DNA from: Dehalococcoidia bacterium | GTDB taxonomy: Bacteria; Chloroflexota; Dehalococcoidia; Bin125 | Length of the DNA stretch: 64,000 nt | Reading direction: 5' to 3' | Assembly (NCBI GenBank): GCA_963663895.2 | Contig: CAXXRD010000002.1 | Coordinates: forward strand, 288,001 to 352,000 | In this document: positions 39,875 to 50,713 of the stretch, piece by piece | Layout of the letters: the number at the start of each line of letters is the position of its first letter | How positions within the stretch are numbered: position 1 is the first letter of the stretch | The notes under the pieces: model-generated | What the model was told of the DNA's origin: nothing | The model's database searches: none | Seen by the model: only the letters and a program-made list of their open reading frames with translations | Made by a program: the position numbers and the translations under genes

Positions 39875-40700
39875 ATGGAAACGCGCCGAGCACACCTGGT
39901 CGCTGGCGGCTTTCCCAAGGGAACGCACGCCGGGCACGACATGGAATACGCCCGCCTGCGGCTGCTGACGCTGCTGTGGGAGCGAGCGGACACGGTGGTC
40001 ACCGTCGCGGGAGACTACAGCGACCTCGATCGCTGGCTGCTCGACGCGCGGCTGCTGATCACCTACGTCGCCGGCCCCTACCCGGACGGCGCCCAGAACG
40101 AGGCCCTGCGCGATTGGCTGGAGGGCGGCGGCCACTGGCTGGCGCTGCACGGGACCGCCGGCGGACGGGCCGCCCGCTCGCAGGACCGCAAGACGCGCCG
40201 GATGGTGAAGACGGAGCACCACGCGACGCTGGGCGGCTTCTTCATCAACCACCCGCCTACGCGCCGCTTCCGCGTCGACGTCGCCGACCCGGACGACCCG
40301 CTCACGCGGGGGCTGCCAGCCTCCTTCGAGGTCGTGGACGAGCCCTACATGGTGGAGCTGCAAGACCCGGCCGCCACGCGCGTGCTGCTCACCGCCGCGA
40401 TCGGGCCGGACACGTCACCCCCCGGCTTCGGCTTCACCTACGACGAGGACACGGCCCTCCTGCCGGACGGCAAGACGCGCGTCCTCGCCTACCGGCGCGC
40501 GCTGGGGCAAGGCAGCGTGACCTACGTGGCGCTGGGGCACTGCCATTCGCCCCTGAGCAGGAACCGCACCCCGGTCGATGCGAGCGTGGACCCGGCGGGC
40601 GCGTCGGCCCGCCGTCCTGCGCGGCCCCTGGGAGACCGCGGCTTACCAACAGCTCTTGCGCAACGGGATCGAGTGGGGCGTCGGCGGGGTGGGGGGTTAG
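39875..40700 (+). CDS. ThuA-like (class I GATase-fold) protein, frameshifted near 40607
   Basis: HDMEYARL, GGGHWLALHG, LGGFFINHP, DEPY, YVALGH; removing one base gives a natural end GPWETAAYQQLLRNGIEWG-stop 40700. Confidence 0.75.
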
Positions 40701-40764
40701 GACGCCTTCACAGCCGCAAAGGCGGTTCCCAAAAAGTCACGCCGGGCGCTAAGCCGCAGAACCG

Positions 40765-43291
40765 CTACCCAGGCACCGCAAGAGGGAACTCTTCTTCCTT
40801 GAACACGATCGTGAACTTTCCCTTTGCGGGACCATCATCAACCTGGACCATTCCGCACTCGTACGTCTCGCCCCGATTCAGCCACTGCTCAAGCGTGTCG
40901 AAGAGATTGCGCTTGTAGTCGGTATCGGGATTGTCGAGATGCTTCCCCTTCGTCTCGACCATGAGGAACTGCGACTTCTTGTCGCTGTTCGTGGACATCG
41001 CAACGAAGTCCGGCCAGATGCGCTCCCGGCTTCCAGCCGCGAAGGTAGTACTCGTACTGCTGGCGGACGGCGATGCGGTGCCACCACTGGATCGCGTGAT
41101 GCTGGTCCGCGTAGAACGCGAAACGCCGCTCCAGATCCGAGTCGAACTGCCTGTCTAGGACCGTCTCGAACAGACTGCGCTGCACCGGCTGCTGATTGTA
41201 TGTGAGAGGTGGTTCGTCGGAGCTCACCGCGAGATCGAAGCTGTCGTACATGCGGAAGTTGGGGCGAGCGGCCTTGAGGTCAAAGCGAATCTCTCCCCGG
41301 TGGAGCTTCTCGCGGAACACGTCCTCCGCCTTCCGTTCGATCTGATCGGCGACGTGCTCCCGGAGCTGGGAGACCTGGAAGCGGCGCTGCGCGTAGATCT
41401 CTTCGTCGCTCAGCCCTCCGCGGCTCAGCGTCTCGATGAGTTCGCCGGCGATGCGAGCGGCCTGCCACGGATTGGGGATGAGGTCCGTGATCTGGCGGGT
41501 GAACCACTCAAGCGTGACCGTCGTATCCACCTCGATCGCTTCCTGCCGCACGGAAGGGTGGTAGCCGTCCCCAAGGTCGAACTCGATCATCTCAATGGAC
41601 GGTCCGTCGCCGGTCCCCGGGATCGCGGGTTGCGCCGGCGCGCTGATGGAACCCCACGCGATCGCCGAGAGGATGTGGCGGTGGTAGTCCAACTCTCGCC
41701 AGCCGCCGTTGCCGTCGGTGTGCAGCACCTTCGGGAGGAAGATGTCGCGGTTGCGGAAGCGCTCGCGCCGCCGCACGGTCCGCACCTGCATGTCCGTCGC
41801 GCTCACGCCGAACACGTCGTCTCCGATGCCCGTCAGCCCTTCCTTTTCGAGGCCGTTCTTCACCTGGTTGATGGCCGTGTCGACGGCGGTCTGCCAGCAG
41901 AAGACGTAGGAGCGATCGAGCCCATCGCGGCCCGTGCGGCGGGCGCAGGGCTGACGCATGACGCGGCCCATCAACTGCGTGATCGCCGTTGGGCTGCGAG
42001 TGTTGTCGAGCATCACGAGCAGATAGGCGAAGGAGCAGTCCCAGCCCTCCATCAACGCCGCCTTCGTGATGATCCAGCGCACGGGCGAGTATTCGGAAAG
42101 CAGGTCTTCATTCGCGATTTCGTCCAGTTCGGCGGACTTCACGGCCACTGCCTCCGGCGGCACGCCCAGCTGCTGCGTGAGGTAATCGCGCACGTCCTCG
42201 GCGTGGATATGGTCGTGGCTGCGTTGCTGCTTGCCCGTACGCTCAACGCGCACCACGGCGATGGGGCGGATGTAGCGTCCCTCGCTCGCGTCCAGCGATT
42301 CAGCCTCTTCGCTCAGATCGCTCAGCTTGTCGTACGCGCGCGACAGCGTCTCCTGCCAGCCGGCGTTGTCAACGGACGTGATCTCGATGGGCAGCTTGAT
42401 CATCTCCTCTTTCTTGAGGTCGACGCCGGAGATGTCCACGAGGAGGTTACTGACGTTGCGATGCGGTGTGGCGGAAAGCTCGATCACCATCCGGGGGTTG
42501 AGGCGGTTGACGGAGGCGACGAACTCGTCCGCGCCCTTGCCGCCGTAGGCCTTGTGCGCCTCGTCGAGCACGACGACGGGGCGCAGCAGCTTGAAAGCGT
42601 TGAAGAGGCTGTGCTTCACCGTCCCACCGCCGGAGCGCTCCAGATCGGGATGGCGTTCCAGCAGGGCGTCTGAGGCGCGCTCATCGTCGCTGGCGGGGAA
42701 CAGCGTCGGGTAGCGCCCCGAGTCGCGGAACATTCGCAGGAACTCCTTGCCCTTCCGCCGGTTCGTAGCGGGGAGCATCAGGAGCATCACACAGAGATAG
42801 TGCTCCACGTCCTGCCGCGTGAACGGGACATCCTTTTCGAGCATCTTCACGCGCCCACCACTGGCCCGCTCCAGCATCTGCCGGTATGGGTGCTCCCTAT
42901 TCCAGAAAGCAGCTCGCGTCTGCGCGTAGATGGCGCGGCTGGGGACGATCCAGAGGACAAGCCCCGTCTGCATCCCTAGCCGTTCGAGCGCCGCCGCGCC
43001 CAGCAGCGTCTTGCCGCCGCCCGTCGGAATCTTGAAGCAGGCGTGGGGAATGGGACGGCCGGCGCCGTCGGCGCGCGCGACGTAGGGCGCGGCGAGGTTC
43101 GCCACGTCGCCCGCCTCCGCGAGCCGCTTCCAAGCGGCGCGGGGGAAGTTCCGGTCCGAGTCCGCGACCTCAAGGCCCGCCCCTTCAAGCACAGCCGCCT
43201 TCGCTTCCGCTTCCCCGCGTGCGGCGTCAAGCGCCTTGCGCCAGCGGTCGAACGCCTCCAGCGTGCGGTGCTGGTACTCCTTCAGTTCCAC
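40765..43291 (-). CDS. res: Type III restriction endonuclease Res subunit, frameshifted near 41026
   Basis: LKEYQ, PTGGGKT, DEAH, SATP, EGWD, QLMGRVMR helicase motifs; nuclease motif PDF...ETKG lies in the next frame (40765..40998). Confidence 0.85.
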
Positions 43292-43298
43292 CGCTCGC

Positions 43299-44903
43299 CT
43301 ACCGCAGCCGGTGAATCTCGTAGGGCAGCTGGCAGAACGTGATGTGGTACTCGGCCGTCAGGTCCTGCTGACTGATGTACTTGGCCGCGCCGAAGACGAT
43401 CGCCTCCTTCGATCGCCCCGTGCCGATGCGCTTCGCCCGTTGCTCGTTGAGCACGGCGTCCTCGCTCTGGAGCCACTCGACGCTGGGTTCGTAGAGGAGA
43501 AAGTAGTCGCGCCGGTCGTCGCTATAGAAATGGCCGTCCTCGTCCATGGCGCGAAGCTGGCCCGTGCGCGCGGAGACGCCCGTGGCGGTGTGCAGCAGCC
43601 AAGCGGCGAGCGCCGGGAAGTCCGGCAGCGCGTCGCCCCGCAGCATTCCCTCGACTGTGATCGGGACGCCCAGGGTGCAGTAGGTAAACGTACCGCCGAG
43701 CCCCTCACGCAAGGCGTCGTCTTTCGCATCTGGGACGCCCGCGATGACGCGGCGCACGCGCTCAGCCGTGATCGTGTCGGCGTAGTCCTCGCACTCTACG
43801 AGGATGAATTTACGATTCCCTTCGTCCGCTTCGTTGAGGGCAAGGACGGCGTGAGCGGTAGTGCCGCTACCGGCGAAGGAGTCGAGGACAATGCCATCAT
43901 TCGGACATCCTTGAACGATCAGTTGACGGATAAGTTTATGTGGCTTAGGAAATTCGAAAACTCGTGAGCCAAAAATCTCCTCTATCTCTTTAGTTCCATT
44001 CCTAGTGAAAATACCGTCACCGATAATTGAGGAGAATCCAGTAAATTGTTCCTTCAATTCATTAAGGAAAACTTTGATCCTCGGTCTTCCCGTTTGCTTC
44101 TTTGGCCAGAGTATTCTTTTCTCAGAGATCAGTTCTGCCATACGTTCCTGGTCATACCGCCATCCTCGAGGAGGACATCCATAGTTTTCTTTCGTTTCCG
44201 GGTTGATGAGGTCAAAATGCAGATTTGGCCGGGAATCTTTCTTTGCAAGCCCAACCATATTACCGCTAATCCAATCGCCTCTCGGATCGTTATCAGGATT
44301 AGAGTACAATCCAGCCTTTCTCTCGTCCCCTCGGATAGACTTTCCGTAAGAAACAACATATTCGTGGTCTATCGAGGCCCCATTCACGTTGCGATTATCT
44401 TTATTTTGGCGACTCTTCCAGACAAACTCTCCTAGAAAAAGTGCCTCTCCAAAAATATCATCCATTAGCATCCGTAGATGATGCTGCTCATTATCGTCGA
44501 TGGATATAAAAATCACTCCGTCGTCTGACAGAAGCTCTTTGAGTATATGTAGGCGAGGCCACATCATGCACAGCCACTTGTCGTGGCGTTCGAGGTCCTC
44601 GCCGTCGATCGGTGAGTTCTGCTTGAACCACTCCTGGTGGAGCGGGCTGTTGACGTTGTCGTTGTACGCCCAGTCCTCGTTCCCGGTGTTGTACGGCGGG
44701 TCGATGTAGATGCACTTGACGCGGCCCGCGTAGCGCGGCAGCAGCGCCTTCAGTGCGTGCAGGTTGTCGCCGTGGATGACAAGGTTGCCATCGGTGGCGG
44801 GCTCCTCCACTGATCTCGCGGGGTCGGGAACGAGGGGCCGGTAGGGAACCGTCAGGTGGTGGGCGTAGACGTGTGCTTTGCCCTTGAACTCCAGTGCGGA
44901 CAC
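43299..44903 (-). CDS. mod: Type III Mod DNA methyltransferase (beta class, amino-MTase)
   Basis: IHGDNL, IYIDPPYNTG, FISIDDNE, FPKP, LDSFAGSGTT; directly upstream of res. Confidence 0.92.
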   Translation of the reverse strand: MSALEFKGKAHVYAHHLTVPYRPLVPDPARSVEEPATDGNLVIHGDNLHALKALLPRYAGRVKCIYIDPPYNTGNEDWAYNDNVNSPLHQEWFKQNSPIDGEDLERHDKWLCMMWPRLHILKELLSDDGVIFISIDDNEQHHLRMLMDDIFGEALFLGEFVWKSRQNKDNRNVNGASIDHEYVVSYGKSIRGDERKAGLYSNPDNDPRGDWISGNMVGLAKKDSRPNLHFDLINPETKENYGCPPRGWRYDQERMAELISEKRILWPKKQTGRPRIKVFLNELKEQFTGFSSIIGDGIFTRNGTKEIEEIFGSRVFEFPKPHKLIRQLIVQGCPNDGIVLDSFAGSGTTAHAVLALNEADEGNRKFILVECEDYADTITAERVRRVIAGVPDAKDDALREGLGGTFTYCTLGVPITVEGMLRGDALPDFPALAAWLLHTATGVSARTGQLRAMDEDGHFYSDDRRDYFLLYEPSVEWLQSEDAVLNEQRAKRIGTGRSKEAIVFGAAKYISQQDLTAEYHITFCQLPYEIHRLR

Positions 44904-45221
44904 GGGAGCCCTCCCCTTGGGCGCATGCGCGAGTCGAAACCGGCTGCTAATTCATGCAAGCGCTTGCGGTTATGCGCGGATTCTGCCCTAGAACAGATGT
45001 GCGCGCAAGTTTCCTGCCCCATAACCAAGCCCAGTTCCTCATCCGTCCGCGCGTCAAGGGGACTTCTCCCACGCCGTCTGTGGCCACACCATCTTCGCGG
45101 CTACCGAAGCGGTAAGAGCGGCGGCTTCCCTTGACCTCCTCGTGATCGGTACCATCCTCACGGCGGCTGGCGTCTGGGGGCAGATGGTGATCTCCGTCCA
45201 CAGCAGAGAGAGGCGACGCCC

Positions 45222-45386
45222 ATGCTAAAGAGGGGCCGCGACGGCATCGCCGGCCGGATGCGCGGGCTCGCGGCGGCGATCCTCTGCGTTGTCACGCTGC
45301 CTATTCTCGCGTGGCGCGTCGTGCAGATCTGGCGATCGATCCGCGGAGGGGGCGGGCGATGCCCGTTTCGGGGAGGGATTCCCTGA
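45222..45386 (+). CDS. Hypothetical 54-aa single-TM protein
   Basis: Translated by hand: MLKRGRDGIAGRMRGLAAAILCVVTLPILAWRVVQIWRSIRGGGGRCPFRGGIP; GAGAGAGG RBS; TTGACC-16-CATCCT at 45131-45158. Confidence 0.4.
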   Translation: MLKRGRDGIAGRMRGLAAAILCVVTLPILAWRVVQIWRSIRGGGGRCPFRGGIP

Positions 45387-45463
45387 GGCGAGGCCCTGTG
45401 GGTAAAACCAGGTCCACAAGCTCTTTTCGCAACGCTCATCTCACGGCCGCGTTCGATTGCGCC

Positions 45464-46318
45464 CTACCCCACCCCGCGCTGGAAAGCCGCCTCGGCGGCG
45501 GCGTCCAGGGCCGTGCGCAGGGCGTGACCGTCGCGGGCGAGGACGCGGAGGTAGGCGCCGCAGCCGTTGGGGAGCAGGGAGGCGCCGGCCCAGGCGTCCA
45601 GCGGGGCGACGGCCGCGCGCAGATCGCCGACGCACCCGCCGTCAAACGGCGCGCCAAGGGCGTAGACGGCGCCCTGGGCGGGGAAGCGGCGCAGGGTTTC
45701 GCGCAGCTCGGGGCGGCGCTGGGGGTCGGCGATGCGCTGGCGATCGACGGCCCGCGGCTCGCCGTCCGCGTCGCTCACGATCAGCTCGCTCTCGAAGAGC
45801 CGGAAGAGTCCAGGGGCGGCGGCCTCGGGCGCGTGATGGAGAAAGGCCTCCCGCACCACCGCCCGCGCGCCCGGCGCAAGCTGGACCCGGGTGGACGAGG
45901 CCGCGCGGGCGTCCGGGAACAGGATCAGGGGGTCGGCGGAGTACTCCACGCATCCGGAGGCCGCGACCCGCAGATCGACGTGGGTGGCCGCCAGCTCCCC
46001 GTCGCTGCGATGGATCTTGGTGGCGGCCTGCGTGACAAGCCGGACGCGGGCGGCCTCGCCGATCTCCACGTACAGGGAGAGCCGGTCGCCGGCGAAGAGC
46101 CCGCCCGACACCGATTGCAGACAGAGCGTGGGCAGATCGGGGCGCTCGGGATCAAGGTAGAGCGGCTTCACGACGTGGTGCGGGTACTCGCAGTACTGGT
46201 GCACGAGCGTCGTGCGGCCGTCCGCGTCCCGCTCGAAGCGGAGCTCCGCGCGCGCCTCCAAACCGGCATCGACGGGGGCCGGAGGCGGCCGGCCGAGCGC
46301 CGCTTCCGCCACGGTCAC
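45464..46318 (-). CDS. ureD: Urease accessory protein UreD
   Basis: GTG 46318 overlaps the ureG stop; [30 protein letters not shown]. Confidence 0.85.
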   Translation of the reverse strand: MTVAEAALGRPPPAPVDAGLEARAELRFERDADGRTTLVHQYCEYPHHVVKPLYLDPERPDLPTLCLQSVSGGLFAGDRLSLYVEIGEAARVRLVTQAATKIHRSDGELAATHVDLRVAASGCVEYSADPLILFPDARAASSTRVQLAPGARAVVREAFLHHAPEAAAPGLFRLFESELIVSDADGEPRAVDRQRIADPQRRPELRETLRRFPAQGAVYALGAPFDGGCVGDLRAAVAPLDAWAGASLLPNGCGAYLRVLARDGHALRTALDAAAEAAFQRGVG

Positions 46319-46950
46319 CGCGCCGCCGCCAGCGCCCGCGCGCGCGCCGCGTCGATCTGCGCCAGCACGCCCTCCAAGCCCTCGCCGGTCAGGCAGTTGG
46401 TATAGGCGACGGGGCGCTCCCCGCGCGCGCGGGCCAGCTCCCGCCGCATCCGATCGAGGTCGGCGCGCACGTAGGGCGCGATGTCGATCTTGTTGACCAC
46501 GAGCAGGTCGCACTGCAGGATGCCGGGGCCGCGCTTGCGGGGGATGTCGTCGCCGGCGCCGACGTCGATGACGAAGAGCCAGGCATCGACGAGCTCGGAG
46601 GAGAAGGTGGAGGCGAGGTTGTCGCCCCCGCTCTCGATCACGACCAGGTCCAGGCGGGGGCAGGCGCGTTCCAGCCGCCGCAGCGCCTCGTTGTTGAGCG
46701 AGGGGTCCTCGCGGATCGCCGTGTGCGGGCAGGCGCCGGTCTCCACGCCCAGCACGCGCGCCGGGTCGATGAAGCCGCGCCCGCGCAGGCGCTCCGCGTC
46801 CTCCTGCGTGAGCAGGTCGTTGGTGATGATGGCGATCTCCCAGCCGCGCTCTTGCAGGCGCGGAACGAGCGCCTCGATCAGGGCCGTCTTGCCGGAGCCG
46901 ACGGGGCCGCCGATCCCCAGGCGCAGGGGCCGGGCCGCGCGATCCGTCAT
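46315..46950 (-). CDS. ureG: Urease accessory GTPase UreG
   Basis: [39 protein letters not shown]. Confidence 0.93.
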   Translation of the reverse strand: MTDRAARPLRLGIGGPVGSGKTALIEALVPRLQERGWEIAIITNDLLTQEDAERLRGRGFIDPARVLGVETGACPHTAIREDPSLNNEALRRLERACPRLDLVVIESGGDNLASTFSSELVDAWLFVIDVGAGDDIPRKRGPGILQCDLLVVNKIDIAPYVRADLDRMRRELARARGERPVAYTNCLTGEGLEGVLAQIDAARARALAAAR

Positions 46951-48659
46951 CGCAGCAGGTAGCGCTGCGCCAGCGGCAACTCGGACGCGGGCGCACAGGT
47001 CGCCAGCTCGCCGTCGACGTAGACGCGGAAGGTCTCGGGATCCACGCGCATCTCGGGGCAGGCGGCGTTGTGCAGCATGTCGCGCTTGCCCAGCTCCCGC
47101 GTGCCGCGCGCGCCCACCAGCCGCTTCTCGAGCCCCAACGTCCCGCCCAGGCCGGCGTCGAGCGCGGCCTGCGAGACGAAGCTGACGCTGAGCGCCTGCT
47201 TGGCCCGTCCGAAGGCGCCCCATTGGGGCCGCATCGTCACCGGCTCGCAGGTCATCAGCGAGGCGGCGCTGTCGCCCATCGCCGCCCAGGCGATGAAGCC
47301 GCCCTTGATCACCAGCTCCGGCTTGATCCCGAAGAAGGCGGGGCGCCAGAGCACGACGTCGGCCAGCTTGCCGTCCTCCAGCGATCCGATCTCGTGATCG
47401 ATGCCGAAGGCCCGCGCCGGGTTGATGGTGTACTTGGCGATGTAGCGCTTGATGCGCTCGTTGTCGCCGCGGGCGACGCGCTCCTCGGCCAGCCGGCCGC
47501 GCTGGTCGCGCATCTTGCTCGCCAACTGCCAGGTGCGGCAGATCACCTCGGCGATGCGGCCCATCCCCTGGCTGTCCGAGCCGAGCATCGAGATCGCGCC
47601 GATGTCGTGGAGAACGTCCTCGGCGGCGATCGTCTCCGCGCGGATGCGGCTCTCGGCGAAGGCGACGTCCTCCGGCACGGAGGGGTTGAGGTGGTGGCAG
47701 ACCATGGTCATGTCGAGGTGCTCGTCGAACGTATTGACCGTGTAGGGGTTCGTCGGGTTCGTCGACGAAGGGAGGCAGTTGGGCTCGCCCGTGACGCGGA
47801 TGATGTCGGGCGCGTGGCCGCCGCCGGCGCCCTCCGCGTGGTACATGTGGATCGTCCGGCCCTTGATGGCAGCGAGCGTGTCCTCCAGGAAGCCGCTCTC
47901 GTTGAGCGTGTCCGTGTGCAGCTGCACCTGGAAGTCCATCTCGTCGGCGACCGAGAGGCAGCAGTCGATCACCGCCGGCATGGCGCCCCAGTCCTCGTGG
48001 ATCTTCAGCCCCAGGCAGCCCGCCTCGATCTGGTCGACGAGCGATCGCGGCTTGGAGGAGTTGCCTCGTCCCAGGAAGCCGAAGTTCATCGGCCAGGCCT
48101 CGGCCGCCTGCAGCATGCGGGCGACGTTCCAGGCGCCGCCGCAATCGATCCCGACCGTGATCGGCCCCAAGGAGCCGCCCAGCATGGTGGTGATGCCGCT
48201 GCTGATCGCGTGGGCGACGAGCTGGGCGCTGTCGAAGTGCACGTGGCAGTCGATGGCGCCGGGGGTCGCGATCAGCCCCTCCCCATCGCGCACGGTGGTC
48301 GCGGCGCCGCACAGCAGCCGCGGGTCGACGTTGTCCATGGTGGCGGGGTTGCCCGCCTTGCCGATGCCGACGATGCGGCCATCCTTGATGCCGATGTCGC
48401 CCTTGACCACGCCCACGATCGGGTCGATCACCACCACGTTGCTGACGAGCATGTCGAGGGAGCCGTCGGCGCTGGCAAGCCCCGGCACGAGACCGAGACC
48501 GTCCCGTAAGGTCTTGCCGCCGCCGTGGAGCCCCTCGTCTCCGGGGAAGGCGTGGTCGTGCTCCACCTCCGCTAAGAGCGCAGTGTCGCCCAGGCGGACG
48601 GCGTCGCCGGTGGTGGGGCCGTAGAGCGTAGCGTAGCGGGAGCGGGAGATCGTCGCCAT
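46947..48659 (-). CDS. ureC: Urease alpha subunit, divergent
   Basis: [73 protein letters not shown]. Confidence 0.92.
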   Translation of the reverse strand: MATISRSRYATLYGPTTGDAVRLGDTALLAEVEHDHAFPGDEGLHGGGKTLRDGLGLVPGLASADGSLDMLVSNVVVIDPIVGVVKGDIGIKDGRIVGIGKAGNPATMDNVDPRLLCGAATTVRDGEGLIATPGAIDCHVHFDSAQLVAHAISSGITTMLGGSLGPITVGIDCGGAWNVARMLQAAEAWPMNFGFLGRGNSSKPRSLVDQIEAGCLGLKIHEDWGAMPAVIDCCLSVADEMDFQVQLHTDTLNESGFLEDTLAAIKGRTIHMYHAEGAGGGHAPDIIRVTGEPNCLPSSTNPTNPYTVNTFDEHLDMTMVCHHLNPSVPEDVAFAESRIRAETIAAEDVLHDIGAISMLGSDSQGMGRIAEVICRTWQLASKMRDQRGRLAEERVARGDNERIKRYIAKYTINPARAFGIDHEIGSLEDGKLADVVLWRPAFFGIKPELVIKGGFIAWAAMGDSAASLMTCEPVTMRPQWGAFGRAKQALSVSFVSQAALDAGLGGTLGLEKRLVGARGTRELGKRDMLHNAACPEMRVDPETFRVYVDGELATCAPASELPLAQRYLLR

Positions 48660-48662
48660 CGC

Positions 48663-49358
48663 TCACGCTCCCCCAAAGCCGCGCTCAGCGGCGCGGCGCA
48701 GGGCGGCCGCTTCGACCGGCGGCTGCGTGCGATCGCCGTCCGTCAGGCTGTTCAGGCCGAAGAGCTCGCCGCTGCCCCCGAACTCCACCAATGAGACTTC
48801 CTTGCTCTCACCGGGCTCGAAGCGCTGCGCCGTGCCGGCCGGGATATCGAGGTGCATCCCGAACGCCGCCGGGCGATCGAACTCCAGGGCACGGTTGACT
48901 TCGAAGAAATGGTAGTGACTGCCGACCTGCACCGGCCGGTCGCCCTGATTGACGACGCGCACGGTGGCGCTGCGCCGTCCCGCGTTGAGCTGGATCTCTC
49001 CCGCCGCGGGGAGGATCTCGCCGGGAACGACCGCTGTGGCCTGGGGCTCTTGGCCGGGCCGGATCGGATCGTGCAGCGTGACCAGCTTGGTGCCGTCTGG
49101 GAAGGTCGCCTCGACCTGGATCATGGGCGTCATCGCCGCGACGCCGGGCAACACGTCATCGGTGGTGAGGATCGTGGTTCCCGCGGTGATCAGCTCCGCG
49201 ACGGAATGCCCGTCGCGGGCACGCTCCAAGATCTCGTCCGAGATGAGCGCAACGGCCTCCGGATGGTTCAGCTTGAGCCCGCGCGCTCTGCGTTTGCGCG
49301 CCAGCTCGGCCGCGCTGAAGATCAGGAGGCGCTCGGTTTCCGTCAGCGTCAGCAGCAT
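48663..49358 (-). CDS. ureAB: Fused urease gamma-beta subunit
   Basis: [10 protein letters not shown] and [12 protein letters not shown] (gamma) followed by [17 protein letters not shown] and [10 protein letters not shown] (beta). Confidence 0.92.
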   Translation of the reverse strand: MLLTLTETERLLIFSAAELARKRRARGLKLNHPEAVALISDEILERARDGHSVAELITAGTTILTTDDVLPGVAAMTPMIQVEATFPDGTKLVTLHDPIRPGQEPQATAVVPGEILPAAGEIQLNAGRRSATVRVVNQGDRPVQVGSHYHFFEVNRALEFDRPAAFGMHLDIPAGTAQRFEPGESKEVSLVEFGGSGELFGLNSLTDGDRTQPPVEAAALRRAAERGFGGA

Positions 49359-49385
49359 CGGTTCCTCTTCCCTCCTCTTTCCGCG

Positions 49386-50054
49386 TCAGTTCGCGAACAA
49401 GCGGCTGTCGATCTGCTCGTGGCGCAGGACAGCCAGTTCGACGATTGGAGCATAGCTAGCGAGCGCCTCGATCGGGGGCGGAGGCTGCGCCAGCATCTCC
49501 GCGAGCGCCGGTTGCATCGCCGTGAGCAAGCGCTGCCCCTCGACCGCACCGAGCGCCCCAAGCCGGATGGCCGCGCCCAGCACTCCCACGCACAGGGCGT
49601 GGGCGGCAACGGCGGCGGCCTCGGCTTCACTGAGTCCGGCACCGCGCCAGAGCAGTCCCTGGCAAGCGGCCAAATGCCCCGGAGCCGTGTGACGGCCGAC
49701 CCGCTCTTGATAGGCCCGGGCATTGGGCGTCGCCAACTGGCCGTGGACCCCCAACAACGCCGCTCCCGCCCGGCAGGAACCCTCTCGCAGCTCCTTGGGG
49801 AGCGTCGCCGCCTCCAGCGCGCGATCCGCGATCGCAACGGCCTCCAGGTCGTCGGCGGCGCGATGCGCGGCGGCGATGACCGCCCTGTCGCATTCCGCCC
49901 AGCGACCGAGTACCTGCTCCCGCAAGAGCCGTCCGACCTCCTCGCCGCTCGGCAGGCGGCCCTCAATATGCAGCGTCTCCACCCCCTGGGAGAAGGCCAC
50001 TCCTCCACTCGGGAAAAAGCTGTCCCCATGCTGCAGCGCTGGCAGTAACGCCAC
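49386..50054 (-). CDS. ureF: Urease accessory protein UreF
   Basis: LQHGDSFFPSGGVAFSQGVE, ELREGS, AAIRL, GQ, C-terminal HE...SRLFAN; start GTG 50054. Confidence 0.88.
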   Translation of the reverse strand: MALLPALQHGDSFFPSGGVAFSQGVETLHIEGRLPSGEEVGRLLREQVLGRWAECDRAVIAAAHRAADDLEAVAIADRALEAATLPKELREGSCRAGAALLGVHGQLATPNARAYQERVGRHTAPGHLAACQGLLWRGAGLSEAEAAAVAAHALCVGVLGAAIRLGALGAVEGQRLLTAMQPALAEMLAQPPPPIEALASYAPIVELAVLRHEQIDSRLFAN

Positions 50055-50062
50055 GGTCGAAC

Positions 50063-50713
50063 TCAGATCCAAGGTGGACGGAAACCATCGACCTCGATGC
50101 CGAATTCCGTCCCCGCATCGAGCACCGCATCGAACAGGTACTGCCCGAAAGCGCGGTCGCACTGGAGCAAATAGGCAGGCTCGCCGTCGCGGTCGTGCCG
50201 GACGATCTCGGCAACCAGCTTGGCGACCGAGCTGCGGAAGGCCGCGCCGTCGGGCGTGACGCCGTCGCTAAAGTCGATCGCACAGATCTTGGCAAGCAAC
50301 GCGGCGGCTGCGGCCCCGGCCAGCCGCATCAGCGCGTGGCCGTGCGTCACCTCCACCGCGCTCAAAAACTCGTCGCCGCCGTCGTCTCGATCGAGCGCCG
50401 CGACCGACGCCAGCCGCTCCTCCGCGCCGGGCGGTCCCAGGAGCGTCCACTCTCCAGGTCCCCAACCGATCACGAGCAGGTCCGGACTGAGTAGCCGCGC
50501 TGCGCCGAAGCCGACACCGAAGCGTGCGTGGAACCGCCCTTCCCCATCTCCCCGGGCCAACAGTTTCGCCAAGGGCGTGCAATCGGTGAGGCGCAGCACG
50601 GCGCCGCTGCGGCGTCCGCTCATCTCCCAGCCCTGCGCAACGACAACCGGCGGGAGCGGCGTGATGGGGCTGCGCGCGAGCAGCCGAGCCACTGGAGCGC
50701 CGCCCTCAGACAC
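50063..50713 (-). CDS. soxG: Sarcosine-oxidase gamma-like subunit (MgdD-like)
   Basis: ARSP, WGPGEW, LAKICAIDF, DRAFGQYL, DAGTEFG; start 50713 or 50692. Confidence 0.8.
   Translation of the reverse strand: MSEGGAPVARLLARSPITPLPPVVVAQGWEMSGRRSGAVLRLTDCTPLAKLLARGDGEGRFHARFGVGFGAARLLSPDLLVIGWGPGEWTLLGPPGAEERLASVAALDRDDGGDEFLSAVEVTHGHALMRLAGAAAAALLAKICAIDFSDGVTPDGAAFRSSVAKLVAEIVRHDRDGEPAYLLQCDRAFGQYLFDAVLDAGTEFGIEVDGFRPPWI

Noticed and set aside
38741-40363. 540-aa LLM protein with a long N-terminal extension
   Set aside because: The extension is antisense to the ThuA-like gene; an RBS supports the start at 39679.
43299-44903. Phase-variable mod (phasevarion)
   Set aside because: No simple-sequence repeat tract seen in or upstream of mod.
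45464-48666. 783-aa and 510-aa ORFs as large fusion proteins
   Set aside because: Their N-terminal parts are off-frame shadows of ureC and ureG; the real genes start at 46950 (ureG) and 46318 (ureD) with 4-nt overlaps.
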